A DNA stretch of 62,512 nucleotides, filler included, from Hausera hauseri (taxonomy: Eukaryota), in the NCBI GenBank assembly GCA_046269625.1. It is 9 parts of 9 records of this genome, joined end to end, with 100 filler letters (N's around TTAATTAATTAA, not from the genome) between each part and the next. Parts side by side here need not be neighbours in the genome. Positions count along the whole stretch, not along the records: positions 10,980 to 15,802 come from JBJURY010423809.1; positions 15,903 to 21,026 come from JBJURY010328161.1; positions 21,127 to 25,323 come from JBJURY010707436.1; positions 25,424 to 31,340 come from JBJURY010168640.1; 5 more parts are not named here. The stretch is one strand, 5' to 3'. Numbering within the stretch: the stretch's first letter is position 1; the number at the start of each line of letters is the position of its first letter. Under the pieces are notes generated by a model. It saw only the letters and a list, made by a program, of their open reading frames with translations, ran no database searches and had not been told where the DNA came from. This document shows, one piece after another, positions 13,624 through 26,160 of this stretch. The position numbers were made by a program, and so were the translations under genes.

Positions 13624-14053
13624 TTATTGAGGAATGCTGCTGATGCTACTTTTAGTTGAGCCCATAACTAGTTGTTTTTTCGATCGCTTAAAGTGGTTTA
13701 AGTGGTCCTTGTGCAGATTATAAAATTGTTTATAGTTGGTTTCAGCAACTATTGAACAACCGGGGCAAACATAGGCCCGTTTATTTTGCAGCGTCGTTGT
13801 GCCATAGTACTGCTCCGTTTTACTGTGACAACCAGTAACGTTGTGCACCTTCTTATTGCAGTAGTGTGGATATGTGGAGTAAACGGTCCGAGATGATGCT
13901 TGTGTACCTCATAAAAGTCAGCGTACGGGCCTTGGAAACAAACATCACACCTTGGACACACATACGTGTTTTTTCCTCCAATTCTGTAATATTTCGCCAT
14001 CTGTTGATGACACTGATCTTCCACATGTATGCGCAAGACACAATACATGGCAT
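13624..14053 (-). pseudogene. Polinton tandem zinc-finger protein, copy 1
   Basis: CPRC-x13-HKHH and CPGC-x13-HKDH repeats; homologous to 61135-61600. Confidence 0.6.
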
Positions 14054-14599
14054 ATTGCTTACATATCTAAATTTAAATAACCTAACATTTAAAATAGATT
14101 AAAATTATATATAAAATAAATTAAAATACATAAACTCGTAAAATTAAACATTATGCATAACCCCAAAGGTCTGTGAAATTGCCTTACTCTGCTATAAACG
14201 TTTGTTCCCAATACTTCTACTATAACTACTACTACTGCCAATCAAATGGAACAGTACATTGAAATCGAGATTAACTGTTAGGAGGAATTTAAACGGATAA
14301 CAATGTTTAAATGCAATTCAAAGTTAATTAAATAAATAGCCAATAGAAAGTCAGGAAATTCAGGAAAGAATGAAAATAAGACTCATTTAATGAGTGAAGG
14401 AGATAATTGTTATACAAACTTTTATAATAAATCTCTTATGGATAATTCTATTTTACAATCTTCCAGTGACGTTGAGGTCGGGATGGTAGAGACGCGATCT
14501 ACTAACAAAGAGAAATTAGAAATAGACAGTTTTTCACAACAATTTTTAAAGAGACATGTAACACAAAATTCATCTTTGTAATAAATAATGCACAAAACA

Positions 14600-15600
14600 G
14601 TACAACAAACACCAAATTCAGCTTCCTTTTATTAAAACAAAACCAAATTTCACTTATATGCAACTGTTCGTCTGTCCTCAGCTAATGTGAGCACCACAAT
14701 AATGCGTTTCAAACAAACGCAAGTGCATCTTTAAAATTCTGATTTTCAACACGATAATCATATTTTCACACAAGACACGAGGCCAAACAGTGAATGACTA
14801 TGAAGAGTTTTATACTGACCACCTGTCCACAAAAATCTTGTTTTAATGGGCGGCGATTTTGAATGTGTAAAGGATATCGAGAAAATGACCTTGGAAAACC
14901 TAGTAAACAGTATCCTAAATTGGATTTTCGAACAATTTTTAGAAAGAGATGTCATTGATTATTAAAATGTAGTGGGGCTTTTTATTTTGTTCATGCATAG
15001 TTATATGTGAGGATAAGTATATTCGCTTTTCTTTGATCCAGTAGCATTTTTTACTTTAAATCAGCGAACGATTTTTGAAAATGTAATCGTTTTCATCAAT
15101 ATTTGTTAAATAATTAACTGTTACGTTGCCTTCTTTCTTTTCATTCGTCTTTCAAATATTTTTAAGTAATGCAATCAATCCTTAGCCGAAGAATGAAGAA
15201 TATTTTTTTTTATGCTGCTTTTTGACGTCTAAATGTGACGTTAAACCTATAACCAGAAGATGAAACGACGGAATTTTTGAAAATTCAATTATTTAAATAA
15301 ATTAGAGGTGAGAGAAGCAATTCAGCAAGACACTTATGTGTATAATTTTATTCAGTTTTGATTTCAAAGAGCCCTAGCTCTTTTTTTTCCCCCAAAGATT
15401 TGGAGAAAATCGAGTGTAAAATTCTTTAAACTTAGTTTAGAGTTTTGAAACAGGAACTGGCGGGCCATCAGCTATTCAGTGCGCTGACACTAAGGTCGAG
15501 TTAATTAGACTATTGTCATTTTAATCAGGACAGCTTGACGGGCATCGCTTCCTGAAGAATCAGTGGGCTTTAAACAGCTTGGGGATTTATTTGTCTTCTT
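14600..15600 (+). mobile_element. Heavily degraded non-LTR retrotransposon (LINE) ORF2 fragments
   Basis: LMGGDF (APE endonuclease GDFN-like) near 14845 and NWRAIS..ADTK (RT NWRPISL-like) near 15455; fragments only. Confidence 0.35.
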
Positions 15601-18600
15601 TTTTTCCTACTAGGAGTGAGTTTTATAACCTTAAAGCGTCTCAGAAGTACACGAGACTCACAAACTGACCTCCGCTTTCCAACCCGACTGGGTTTAATGG
15701 AGCATCTTTTGGAGGGAGGATAAAAAAAGCTTGGACCTTTGCACTCCAAACTCCTTAGACAAGAAATAAGCTGTCACCTTAAAATAAGTATGATTGATGC
15801 CTNNNNNNNNNNNNNNNNNNNNNNNNNNNNNNNNNNNNNNNNNNNNTTAATTAATTAANNNNNNNNNNNNNNNNNNNNNNNNNNNNNNNNNNNNNNNNNN
15901 NNGGAGTAAGAAAAGAAGCTGGTGTATCAGGTGGTAACGTGTCGTCGACAAAGAAAGCTGGCTTTAGGTTGGTGATGTGTACAGTGAAGTCTTTACCGTC
16001 TTTGGAGATGATAGCGTTATGCGAGTGGAGCTGTAACAGTTTGTAAGGTCCCAGATACCGCGGCTGGAAACTGCAAGGAGCTTGATTTTTCAGCCAAACG
16101 AATTTAGCAGTGTACAAATCTTCAGGTAGGTATGTTTTATTTTTATGAAGTATTCTGCAAAACGAGTCTTTACTGACTTCGACGAAGTGATTTTGCGCCG
16201 CGCGTATCGTCTCATCTGTGGGAGTGTCGTCTAGGGCGTTTAGTTCAAATAATGAGCGGACAGGAGCTCCAAATAAGGCTTCAGTGGGCGAGCATCCTGT
16301 AGAAGTGGACGGAGTGTTCCGCCAGCCAAGCAGAACGAACGGAAGAAGATTGGTTTAACTACTGTTGGACTCTGCAAGAATGCGCAGTGACGTTTTCAGT
16401 GTGCGGTGGAAGCGTTCGAGAAGGCCGTTCGATTGGGGATGATAAGGTGTAGTATGAATATGATGAATCTCCAATCGATTAACGAGGGATTTGAACAGGT
16501 TGGACTCAAACTGTGGACCTTGGTCCGTTATGATGAAGCAAGGCGATCCAAACCTACTAATCCATGTGCTAATGAAAACGTCCGCTATGGTGTCGGTGTT
16601 TGTGCTCTTCAGAGGGATGGCTTCTGGCCATCGCGAGGAACGGCCCATCATGGTAAGGATGAATTGATGACCGTTCTCTGGAGGAAGAGGGCCAACAATG
16701 TCGATATGCACGGACTCAAAACGTGATGTGCAGGGAAAGTGGAATAGTGGTGGCTTTAGATGCTTAGTTGTTTTGTATTTTTGGCATGCCACATACTGCG
16801 TAATTCATGCCTGCACATCAGAACGCATTGACGGCCATATTTCTTTTCGATGGAGGAGACGAAAAGTGGCTTTAGCACCAGGATGGTGTAATGAATGCAC
16901 GTGGTGAAATGCTTGTCTTTGCAGGGAAGGTGCTAGAATGATTACTGTATGACCTAATTTGGAGGTGTCCAAAACCACGCCATCAACGATTGTGCAAGGC
17001 TTGAAAGCCTTAAGCATGTCTGGAGGTGGGTGGTTCTGTTGGAGTTGTTCTTGCGTAAAAATCGAAGAAAAATTAATAGAACTAACCGACCTAGATAAAA
17101 AGTCAGCGACCAAATTGTTAACCCCGTTGATATGTTTAATATCAAAATTAAATGTCGACAAGTATGATATTTGCCGTTCTTGGCGTGTAGAGGGGTGTTT
17201 CATGGCCATGATGTTAAGTAAAGGCTTGTGGTCAGTTTGTAGAGTGAAATGACGGGCAATGAGTAAGTGTGAGAAATGTTTGAGAGCGAAAACGATTGCC
17301 AATAGTTCTCGGTCAAACGTGGAATATTTTGTTTCAGGTGCGGTTAATTTGCGGGAAAAGAATTCTAAAAGTTGGTTTTCTCCCTTATAGATCTGATGAA
17401 GTACAGCGCCTACTGCGGTGGTTGACGCATCTGTGGTGAGGATGAGCTCTGCATCAGGCTTGGGAAAAGCAAGAATGCCGACGGTTTTGATTTCGTCACG
17501 TAGTTTGTCGAATTTGTCAACCAATTCAGGTGTCCACTGAATTGGCTGGTGTTTTTTGCCGCCGCTTAGGGGTGCGAATGGTGCTGTTAACTCCGCGCAA
17601 TATGGCACATATTTATGTACAAAATGGAGTGTGCCAAGGAAGCTACGCATTTCGGTGGTCGTACGAGGCAATTGGATGTTTTTAAGAGCTTCGACTCCGT
17701 CTGATTGGGGAGAATGGCCGTCTGGTGTAATGACGTGACCTAAGAAGTTAATTCGTTTTTTGAAAAAGTGGCATTTGTTAAGACTGATTTGTAGATTATG
17801 GTGGTGAAGGCGTTGAAATATTGCTCCAAGGTGTTCTTCGTGTTGTTTGGCCAAAGATGAAACGACTAGAATGTCGTCGATATAAGGGTGTGCGAATGGG
17901 AAATCGGAAAGAATAGAGTCAATGTGCATCTGAAAAGTTTACGCAGCGTTGCGTAAACCGAATGGCATAAATAAATATTCGTAAAGGCCGAAATGAGTAG
18001 TTACTGCGGTTTTTTCAATGTCTTCGGGTGCTACCGGTATTTGGTGGTAGGCTTTAGCTAAATCGATAATCGAATAGATGGTGGTTGAGTTAAGACGATG
18101 CAGGATATCCTTGATGAGTGGTAAAGGATATGCATCCATGATTGTTAAGATGTTTAGCTGTCGGTAGTCACCGAATGATCTGAAAGTGCCATCCTTTTTT
18201 GTATCACGTGTAAAGGTGATGACCAAGGTGACTTAGAACGGCGTACTATGCCGGAGCGTTCTAGCTGTAGAAATTCGGTTTCTACGGTCTGCCTACGACG
18301 AGGTGACAGAGGCCGTACTTTTTGGCGTATTGGACGTTGGTGCTGTGTGACTATGTGGTGTAAGGTGCTGTTTGCGGGAGTAAAAGTATGGTCTTTTTGA
18401 AGTACTCGTGGGCAAGATGTGTTGACGAACTGTTGTAAAGTTGTAGGTAGCTGTGAAAGATTCGGTGAAAGTGGTGGAACGGTTTGAGTGGTAGCAGATG
18501 CAATGTGTAAGTTGTTAGGTGATATGCAGTCAAGTGGAATTTGGTGCAAGATTGTTGAGTTTAAAATGGTGTTGGCTGAAGTATTTTCGTCGAATGAGCG

Positions 18601-19197
18601 AACGTTGGTAGCAATACCACAATTGTCGACATTGAACTTCGATCGAATGTCAGTATTATTGTTTAAAAATTTACGGATAGAATTATCGTTATAAAAAATT
18701 GAATTATTAGCTGACTTTTTTAGTATAGACTTTCGCACTCCGGTCGACTGCGCGCTAGTCGAAACGCTACTTACTTGCTCAGAAATGTCGCCAACGGTGC
18801 CTTTCCTCAAACATCGCTAACTGCAGTCAACCAGTAGATTGTAGTGCGAGAGAAAGTCAGACCTAAGGATTGCCGACTGGACGTTAGCGACTGTGAACGT
18901 CTAGCGGAAATATGTAGAGAAATTTGGTAGCGTGAAACAGTGTAGCCGTGCCCGAGAGGTGCAACGGCTGGCCTGAAGCAGTATATAATGGTTTCATTTT
19001 GAAAGGAGCGTTTTGTGTAGGAAAGTTTTGCGGTAAGAGGGAAATTGCTGCCCCTGTATCAATAAGAAAGTTAAGACATTGAGTTGTAGGAGCAGTGATG
19101 GCAGCCTTTAACGTGAAGACTGCGAAAGAGACATGTCGGCGTTTAGATTGTGAAGGAGTGCCTTCGCCAGAGTTTGCCGTGACTTCTGGCGGCGAAG

Positions 19198-19207
19198 TTA
19201 GTTTTTT
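19198..19207 (-). promoter_or_regulatory. Putative gag-pol -1 frameshift site (AAAAAAC followed by TAA)
   Basis: Lies between the Gag end and the protease; the same motif occurs at 29689-29698 in the second copy. Confidence 0.55.
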
Positions 19208-20284
19208 GGAAAATGTGAATGAGGACGACTGTTAGAAGGAAAGGCAGTACGTCCTTCATTCGTATTGGATTTAAAGTTTCAACCGGGGATGCATTTACGT
19301 GCTTCATTTTTGAATCGCGCGTAGTAAATGCAAATCACGGTGTCTAAGGAGAATTTCGGATTATAAAATTGACAACCTAGGCAGCATTTCTGGGCATTTG
19401 AATCTGCTGTGGTAGTAGCAGATCGATGAACGCGCAGGTGATGGTGAGCGATTTCGTGGCGTAGAACGGGCACGGGAAGCGGCAAAACGCCCCCGTCGGG
19501 ACAAAGATAATTCATTTAACTTATTATTTATGTTATTGATAGTTGCCTGCAATGCGATATTTTCAGCGCGCAGTTGATTTAACTGCTGTTCTATGGATGT
19601 GCTAGTCGTTTGTATGTCGTTAGCAGTAACTGCTGCTGAAACTACGGATTGCGAATTTATGTTTAGCACGTCGTATGTCTTATCGGCCAATTCGGCTAAT
19701 TTATCAAGCTTCGTGGAGTCTCCCACTACGGTAAGAAGGGTCCGTATTTGAATGGGTAGGGCGTTCATAAAATAATGGCGTAGAAGATCCGAGTTATGTT
19801 CCCTAGTGACGCCAAGAGTACGAAAGTGTGTAAGTGAAGTGCGTAAGAAATTGCTGGGTTTTTGCGTGCCTAGCGCATTTTCGTTGAAGAAACGCTGCAT
19901 TATAGAATTTATGGAGGGCTCAGTCTGCTTTAATACTGCGTCGAATAGTTAAGAATAAGGGTCGGGATGCTGAAAGATTTCTAACAAGTTGTGTATTGAT
20001 GCTTTTATTGAGCTAGGGAGGATGTAGAGCAAGCTGTGGGCCTTAGATAAGGAATCTGTGATGCCAGTGGACTGTAGCCACAGTTGATGGAAATAAAGCC
20101 ACGTCTTACTAGAGTTTTCTTTATCGAGAAAGTAGTCAGTGCAGTGAGGAGTGTTGAGAGGGTTTTTATGAAGATGTGAATCATTTGAAGAGAGTGGAGG
20201 TTTTGGTTTAGAACAATAAAGGATAGGTATAGATTTTTTAGTGGTAGTTGTATCCGTAGTGTCAATAGTTGATGGGGAATTCAT

Positions 20285-20500
20285 TCCACCACGGATACTT
20301 AGCTGTACGTCGAAGCGAGTTTAATTTGGAAGAGAAAATCTCGTGAAGGTGGATGACAGCTCCGTGATGAGTAAGAAAGAAATCGGCAGACCCCAGGAAA
20401 GAAGTTATGTAGGTGTGAAGAGTGGGATGTGTAGATGTTTTGTGTGGGCCGTGTGTATGTGTATGTTATTGAAAAAAAATAAAGTGCTAGAAATAGTGGT
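20285..20500 (-). pseudogene. Ubiquitin-like domain ending in di-glycine at the Gag N-terminus, copy A (frameshifted)
   Basis: Reconstructed across frameshifts: STLFFFNN...LHTYITSFLGSADFFLTHHGAVIH...RFDVQLSIRGG, directly followed by the Gag ATG at 20284. Confidence 0.7.
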
Positions 20501-22162
20501 GTGCTTAGGAGCGTGATCTGGAACCAAGACCGAAGGTGCCCCCCGACCAACCGGCGCCAGGTTGGCGGTCGGGATCTCCGTTTCGGCAGGGCGGGCACGA
20601 AAATACGGGGTGCCCGAGTTCCTCCCGAAATTGCGCGAGGATTGAGTGAGCTCTTTATCCACTTTCAAACTTTTCAGGTAACATTTCGTGGCTTCCGTGT
20701 AGTTTCTAAATGACTTTTGGACTAGGCCGTAAGTGTGGGAACAAATAAAAGTGGGGATATTATTTGTCTAAAATATAAACATATGATCAAGCAACTTACA
20801 TTCGCGACTTTCGGTTTGATCGCTCTCAATGATGCGCCGCATTCGTATAGTATCCTGGCAAGAATAGTGCAACAAACAAACAGCCGGGAGTCCATCTATT
20901 CTAGCACGACCTGTTTCTTGATTATATTTCGCAACAGATGTCAGGATTGAGTAATAGGTAGCGAATTTCACATCCGCTTTGTCAGTACCCATACTAGGTG
21001 CAATTGTAGCGCAGACTAATTTGAAANNNNNNNNNNNNNNNNNNNNNNNNNNNNNNNNNNNNNNNNNNNNTTAATTAATTAANNNNNNNNNNNNNNNNNN
21101 NNNNNNNNNNNNNNNNNNNNNNNNNNTGACAGAGATATCATTATGTAACTACATTTTATGTTGTGTACCTAAATGAATGCAAGCTGTATGAACTGTGTGA
21201 GTAAAGGAGGGCAGAATGTAAGATGAGCCTGTGTGCCCAATTCTATCCCTTTTAAAATAAAGTTAATTTGATTTGTTTTCACGTATGTAGGGCAGATAAC
21301 GGCATTTGATTCTTTTGTCATGTTTGAGCTGTATTAAATATTCTGTCTTACTGTTTGAGAGGTCTTTTTTTATGGTCAGTTGTGTGTTTTCTTAGCTATG
21401 ATTTTCTTCCACAGGAGCAAGGAGGTGTGGGAAGTGCAGCTTTGATGTCCAGAAACCTTATTGTTACAGGGGGTCAGGTAAGACAATTATGGTGTGAATA
21501 GCACTGGGTTGTGAGGTTTTCTTCTGTCTTGATTGAAAGTAGTCGCTCACCTTTTGACAACGAACCTGACCCTTTGTCTTTGGCTTACAATCCTAGCCAC
21601 CCATTTTTTTTAATCTATAAATCTTTTGTGTTTGATAATCTTAAAGGTTGAGCTGCATAAAATACAAAAATTGTTTAAGTGAATCAGATTTTTGTTTAAC
21701 TTTTATTTCATAACGTCTGTTGGGCTTCCTGAGTTGAATAAATGGAACGAAATATGATAAGACGATAGATTGGAGGCTTAAACTTTTTCAAAGAGGACGA
21801 TAATGATTGGATAATTCAAAACTCATTCGATGAAGGAATTTTACATGAAACCTATTCAAGGGTATTGATTGAGGGCCTTAGAAAGTTTTTGTGGAATGGA
21901 GAAGTTTTATCGATTTTGTCTAAGCATTAATTGAAAGAAGTTATACGATAGCAGACAAATTCGAAGCTTTATTACAAAGGAATAAATTGTTGATATGCAT
22001 AAACTCAATCACGATTGTCTTATGTCGTCATGGATGTGCCTGCATCATATAAGTATTCAAAGTAAATATTACAATTATGAAATAAAATTTTTTGCTACAT
22101 TTAAACAATTTCGTATTTTACGCATAAAACCACAAAAGATTACCCGGTGCCAATGTGATCGA

Positions 22163-24631
22163 TCAAAGGTAAAACAACCGAGTCCTGATCCGATCACTGA
22201 TAACTGGTACACTGGACCCTTTGTGAACTTTGCCGAGCAATTCGGCAAGTCGATGAGCATAATGAACAGGCACCGGTACTCGAATCGTACCCTGCCAATT
22301 GAAATAGAGATGGGTCATGGCGTATGTGATGTGTTGTAATTCGTTAGGCGACATCGGTTCCAGTGCGCCGGTTTTCGATAGTAATTTTGTGTCTTCGAGA
22401 ACGTTGTAATTCGTCGGACTGACGGTGCCTTTGATCGTTCGTTGGGAAACAAGAAAGAACTCGTAAAAATTTGGTTTGACGATTTCCTGATCGACAACGG
22501 TGCCCGGATTTGGATTGTTGCCGGATCGGAAGAGTTTTGTGGAAATGCGTTTCTTGACAACGATGTAAATGAACTGCGGTAGCGGTCGTCCTTTTGACTG
22601 GTACAGTTTCTCCAGCACAGGTTTCAGTGAGTCGACTTCAAATCGTTTGGTGAACGGAAGTTGTGAGTCACCGACTCCGTCACGATAGACGATAATCTGC
22701 AGCGGGTAGACCTGATACACTTTACGGAATTCTTCGAGTGCCGTCGTGAAATTCTTTGCCAGATTCTCGTGGAACTCCTGTCTGCCTTTTGGTGCATTGA
22801 CGAAACTCATGTACTTCGTGAACGTGCTGCTAATGGAGAACACCGATGCCTGAATCGATTTCTTGCTCGTTTTCGAATGGTACGTGTCCAATCCAACAAT
22901 AATCGTCGGCTTCATTTTCATATCGATAGTCCACGGATCGCATCCGAATTTGGCGAATATCTGAATGAGCGATTTACTCGCCACGGTTCGCCGTTTTCTG
23001 TCGTTCTTATTCTGACCGTTTCTCGTCGTGACGCATTGCGTTAACAAACCACTCTGTAATGTGAAACTCTTCACTCGCGCATAAACCCGATCGTCACAAA
23101 CGAACACCAGCGCCATTTTGTACGTGTCCGATTTGCAGCTTTTCACAATGGCGTCCAGACGCTGTTCGATTTCTACTGGGGTACATTTTTCTACGGTGCC
23201 GATTTTGCATTTCAATGACAGATTTTTTATTTCTTCGGTCAGATCGTTGAGAAATGGCCGATACATCATGTCATTGCGGTCGATGACGACGACATCGATT
23301 TCAAATTTCGCATCTTGACGAACGGTCAATTTGATTTTACCGTTGTTCCAATCGTCGGCAGTTCGATCGTTGATTTTCACGTTTCCGCTGATCACATTGA
23401 ATGGCGGCAATTCTCGTCCGTCGATTTCAATTGGATTGTCCGCAATGGCTAGATTCCACTGCTTCATGAATTCGCGGCTTTTCTCGTTGGTTTTTACCCA
23501 ATCGCAAAATGATGGAATGTCCGTCAGATGTTCGCGTGGTTCTCGTTTGAGGTATTGAGCTAAATGTGTCTGGAGATCGGCGTTGGACTTTTCCTGGGAT
23601 GAAAATCCGCAGACATAACACAGTTCACCGGGGATACTCAACGTCAGATCTTTACTTTCCGGCGCTTCACTGACTTTTTTCTGTTGATTGCGTTGGACAA
23701 GTCGTTTGACTTTCGTCTGTACAAATGGCTGCAGTCGCTGAGTCAGTGTGATGTTGTATCTCTCCTTGAAATAATCCACGAATGTCATCGTTTCTCCGTT
23801 GGCTGTAAACTTTTCATCAATACGCATTTCTACAATGTTGCTGATCCGGTACGTTTTGTTGTTGTGCTTCGTAATGATGTCTCGTCCGATTAATGTACCG
23901 ACTGATTTCCGATCGTAAACTCTCGTAACGGAATTATCATTGACAACACGATTGATTCGTTCAATGTACATCATCATGGTGATTTGACCATTCAAACGAC
24001 TGCCCCGTTGGAGATTCGTTGCAAATCCGCCGAGAACTCGGAAATTCTGTATCTGGAAATACATCGGTCCGACTGGTTTCGTTCCCTCCGTTTTGTCGAC
24101 GATAACATTTGCTGGCATGTAATATCCACGGCCGATTCTCTCCTGACCCAGTAGAATTTGAATATTATTCATTAAAACATTGACCATTTGATAATACTCC
24201 TCGGAATTGCTCTGAAATGTCGCTACCAATCGGATTGTAACTTTATGCGAATCATGCAACAATTCCCGGATATCATCATCATCATGCCATTTAGAATTGG
24301 TCATCAATCGTTTACCGTCAAAACAAAATGCCCCGGAACCTCGTCGGTTCATGCTAATGTTCATGAGCAATATCAATTTGGATTTCATTGACACTGTCAT
24401 TTGAGAAAAAATTGTATCGTACATAAAATACGTATCAGATTTTGCAAGTGAGAATTGAGTATAACATGATTGTAATTTAACAGTTTTACCGATATTTCCT
24501 GTTTTTAATGTCAGACCTCGAGGTTGTAGATTCGGTTCGACAATTGTTAATCGACTCTGTAAACCGGCACGAGCGGTTGGCTTTCGTCTCTGACCTGATC
24601 GAGGCTGATTTCGATAATCTTTCCGTTGCAT
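22163..24631 (-). CDS. piwi: PIWI-clade Argonaute protein, 822 aa, single exon
   Basis: PAZ (NNKTYRI, TFVDYFKERYNI, IPGELC), MID (LTQCV), PIWI domain with tetrad D(VGLDTYH)-E(RQEF)-D(YRDGVGD)-H(HYAHRLA); PIWI-type C-terminus HLYFNWQGTIRVP...LFYL. Confidence 0.97.
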   Translation of the reverse strand: MQRKDYRNQPRSGQRRKPTARAGLQSRLTIVEPNLQPRGLTLKTGNIGKTVKLQSCYTQFSLAKSDTYFMYDTIFSQMTVSMKSKLILLMNISMNRRGSGAFCFDGKRLMTNSKWHDDDDIRELLHDSHKVTIRLVATFQSNSEEYYQMVNVLMNNIQILLGQERIGRGYYMPANVIVDKTEGTKPVGPMYFQIQNFRVLGGFATNLQRGSRLNGQITMMMYIERINRVVNDNSVTRVYDRKSVGTLIGRDIITKHNNKTYRISNIVEMRIDEKFTANGETMTFVDYFKERYNITLTQRLQPFVQTKVKRLVQRNQQKKVSEAPESKDLTLSIPGELCYVCGFSSQEKSNADLQTHLAQYLKREPREHLTDIPSFCDWVKTNEKSREFMKQWNLAIADNPIEIDGRELPPFNVISGNVKINDRTADDWNNGKIKLTVRQDAKFEIDVVVIDRNDMMYRPFLNDLTEEIKNLSLKCKIGTVEKCTPVEIEQRLDAIVKSCKSDTYKMALVFVCDDRVYARVKSFTLQSGLLTQCVTTRNGQNKNDRKRRTVASKSLIQIFAKFGCDPWTIDMKMKPTIIVGLDTYHSKTSKKSIQASVFSISSTFTKYMSFVNAPKGRQEFHENLAKNFTTALEEFRKVYQVYPLQIIVYRDGVGDSQLPFTKRFEVDSLKPVLEKLYQSKGRPLPQFIYIVVKKRISTKLFRSGNNPNPGTVVDQEIVKPNFYEFFLVSQRTIKGTVSPTNYNVLEDTKLLSKTGALEPMSPNELQHITYAMTHLYFNWQGTIRVPVPVHYAHRLAELLGKVHKGSSVPVISDRIRTRLFYL

Positions 24632-25246
24632 TGTTTATGAAATATAACGTACCAAAATTAAAATTGGTTACGTTACAATTATAAGGTGCGTAGTTCAACA
24701 CAACTACAATCGATTTAGCATTAGTTGGCCATTTCAACAACATACACATTTTTAAGCACAGGAGTAATGATACATACAGACACTCTTACAATCAAATAAT
24801 GCTTGTATGTTTTGAGTTTTAACTTAATATAAAGTCAGGTCACATATAGATTACTTTAAGAAAATTACTTCTTCATACACATTATAAATGCTATTTATTA
24901 CATAATACAATAGTTTGAAACGACTAACTAGTGTATAAAGATTAAACAAAATTTTTACATGTTCGATATACGAATTAAACACTTCACCAAAATTTTGACT
25001 TTATAGTTCCTACAAATGATTAAATTAAACATGTGACTGATGGCTTATATCAGTTCGTTTAAACAACGAGATTTCAATGTTACGCTATAGAAACTTATTT
25101 GTTTCTATACAAAACAAAGATGTAAATTTTGAACGATGAGGATGACATAAGAAAAAGGTTACTGCCTGCTAAAAGCTCTATAATGCTCTCATGTCCTTTA
25201 GCCTTTCTGTCCACCAACAGAACTATCAGTGGTGAGGATTATCCAG

Positions 25247-25248
<2 letters not shown>

Positions 25249-25323
<75 letters not shown>
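25249..25323. repeat. (GT)n microsatellite at contig end
   Basis: About 37 perfect GT units. Confidence 0.97.
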
Positions 25324-26160
25324 NNNNNNNNNNNNNNNNNNNNNNNNNNNNNNNNNNNNNNNNNNNNTTAATTAATTAANNNNNNNNNNNNNNNNNNNNN
25401 NNNNNNNNNNNNNNNNNNNNNNNGCCTTTTGCCGTCTTATAAATAAAGACAAATCTTATATTCCAGAGGACTTATACTCAGCCAAGTTTGTATGGCTGAA
25501 AGACCTATCACCTTCCGGTTTTCGGCCTCAATACGTTGGCCCTTACAAACTACTCAACCTCTTCGAATACCACTATTATTTTACGCAAGGATAGACCTCA
25601 AAATGTGCACAATTCGAATCTTAAGCCAGCATTCTTCGTTGACGATGACCAGGATAACAGCAATGTTTCAAATCCCACTTCGAACTTCACTTCCCTCGGG
25701 TCATCATCCAATTTCCTCGATGACTTTGATCCGTCGCAGCAATCACTATCGAATTACAATCAAATCTCTTTACCTCCACTGCTCCTTCGTCACCTATTTT
25801 GCCGTCATCGCCTGCACACCCACCACTCACTTCACTTTCATCGCACGTTTCGCTTCCATCTCCAGCCTCGCCTTTTTCGTTCGATCTACTCCACTCTTCA
25901 GTTTCTTTTCAACTTTGACCTCTTCATGAAGCATCTGCCCGAAACACCACAAAATCCACAGCATCTCTCCCTCGAATAACTCCACAAGCACCAGCAACAT
26001 CTAACAGATCACGTCATGTGACAATCATACTTATAGCAGGGAGAAGTTCATAGATAAAATCCAACGTCTGACACATACCAAAACTGAATACGTACCAGCT
26101 TTTACTCTTCTTATCATACTCACGTCTATTTTTCTTCCTTATAATCTTCACTTTTGCGAC

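Larger units (their letters stand above)
15903..20670 (-). mobile_element. Ty3/Gypsy element of the CsRn1-like clade (UBL-Gag, PR, RT, RH, IN), decayed, LTRs not in contig
   Basis: Gag QKPSNFL and two CHCC-type knuckles; FLIDTGAAIS protease near 19040-19070; GDYRQLN, MPFGLRNAA, PYIDDILV; LTTDAS, YSTFDRELLA; HIDIVGPLP, TDQGPQFES, NGLLERFHR; GPYK. Confidence 0.95.

Noticed and set aside
25129-25371. ORF with a CVCVCV tract
   Set aside because: Translation of the (GT)n microsatellite running into the linker
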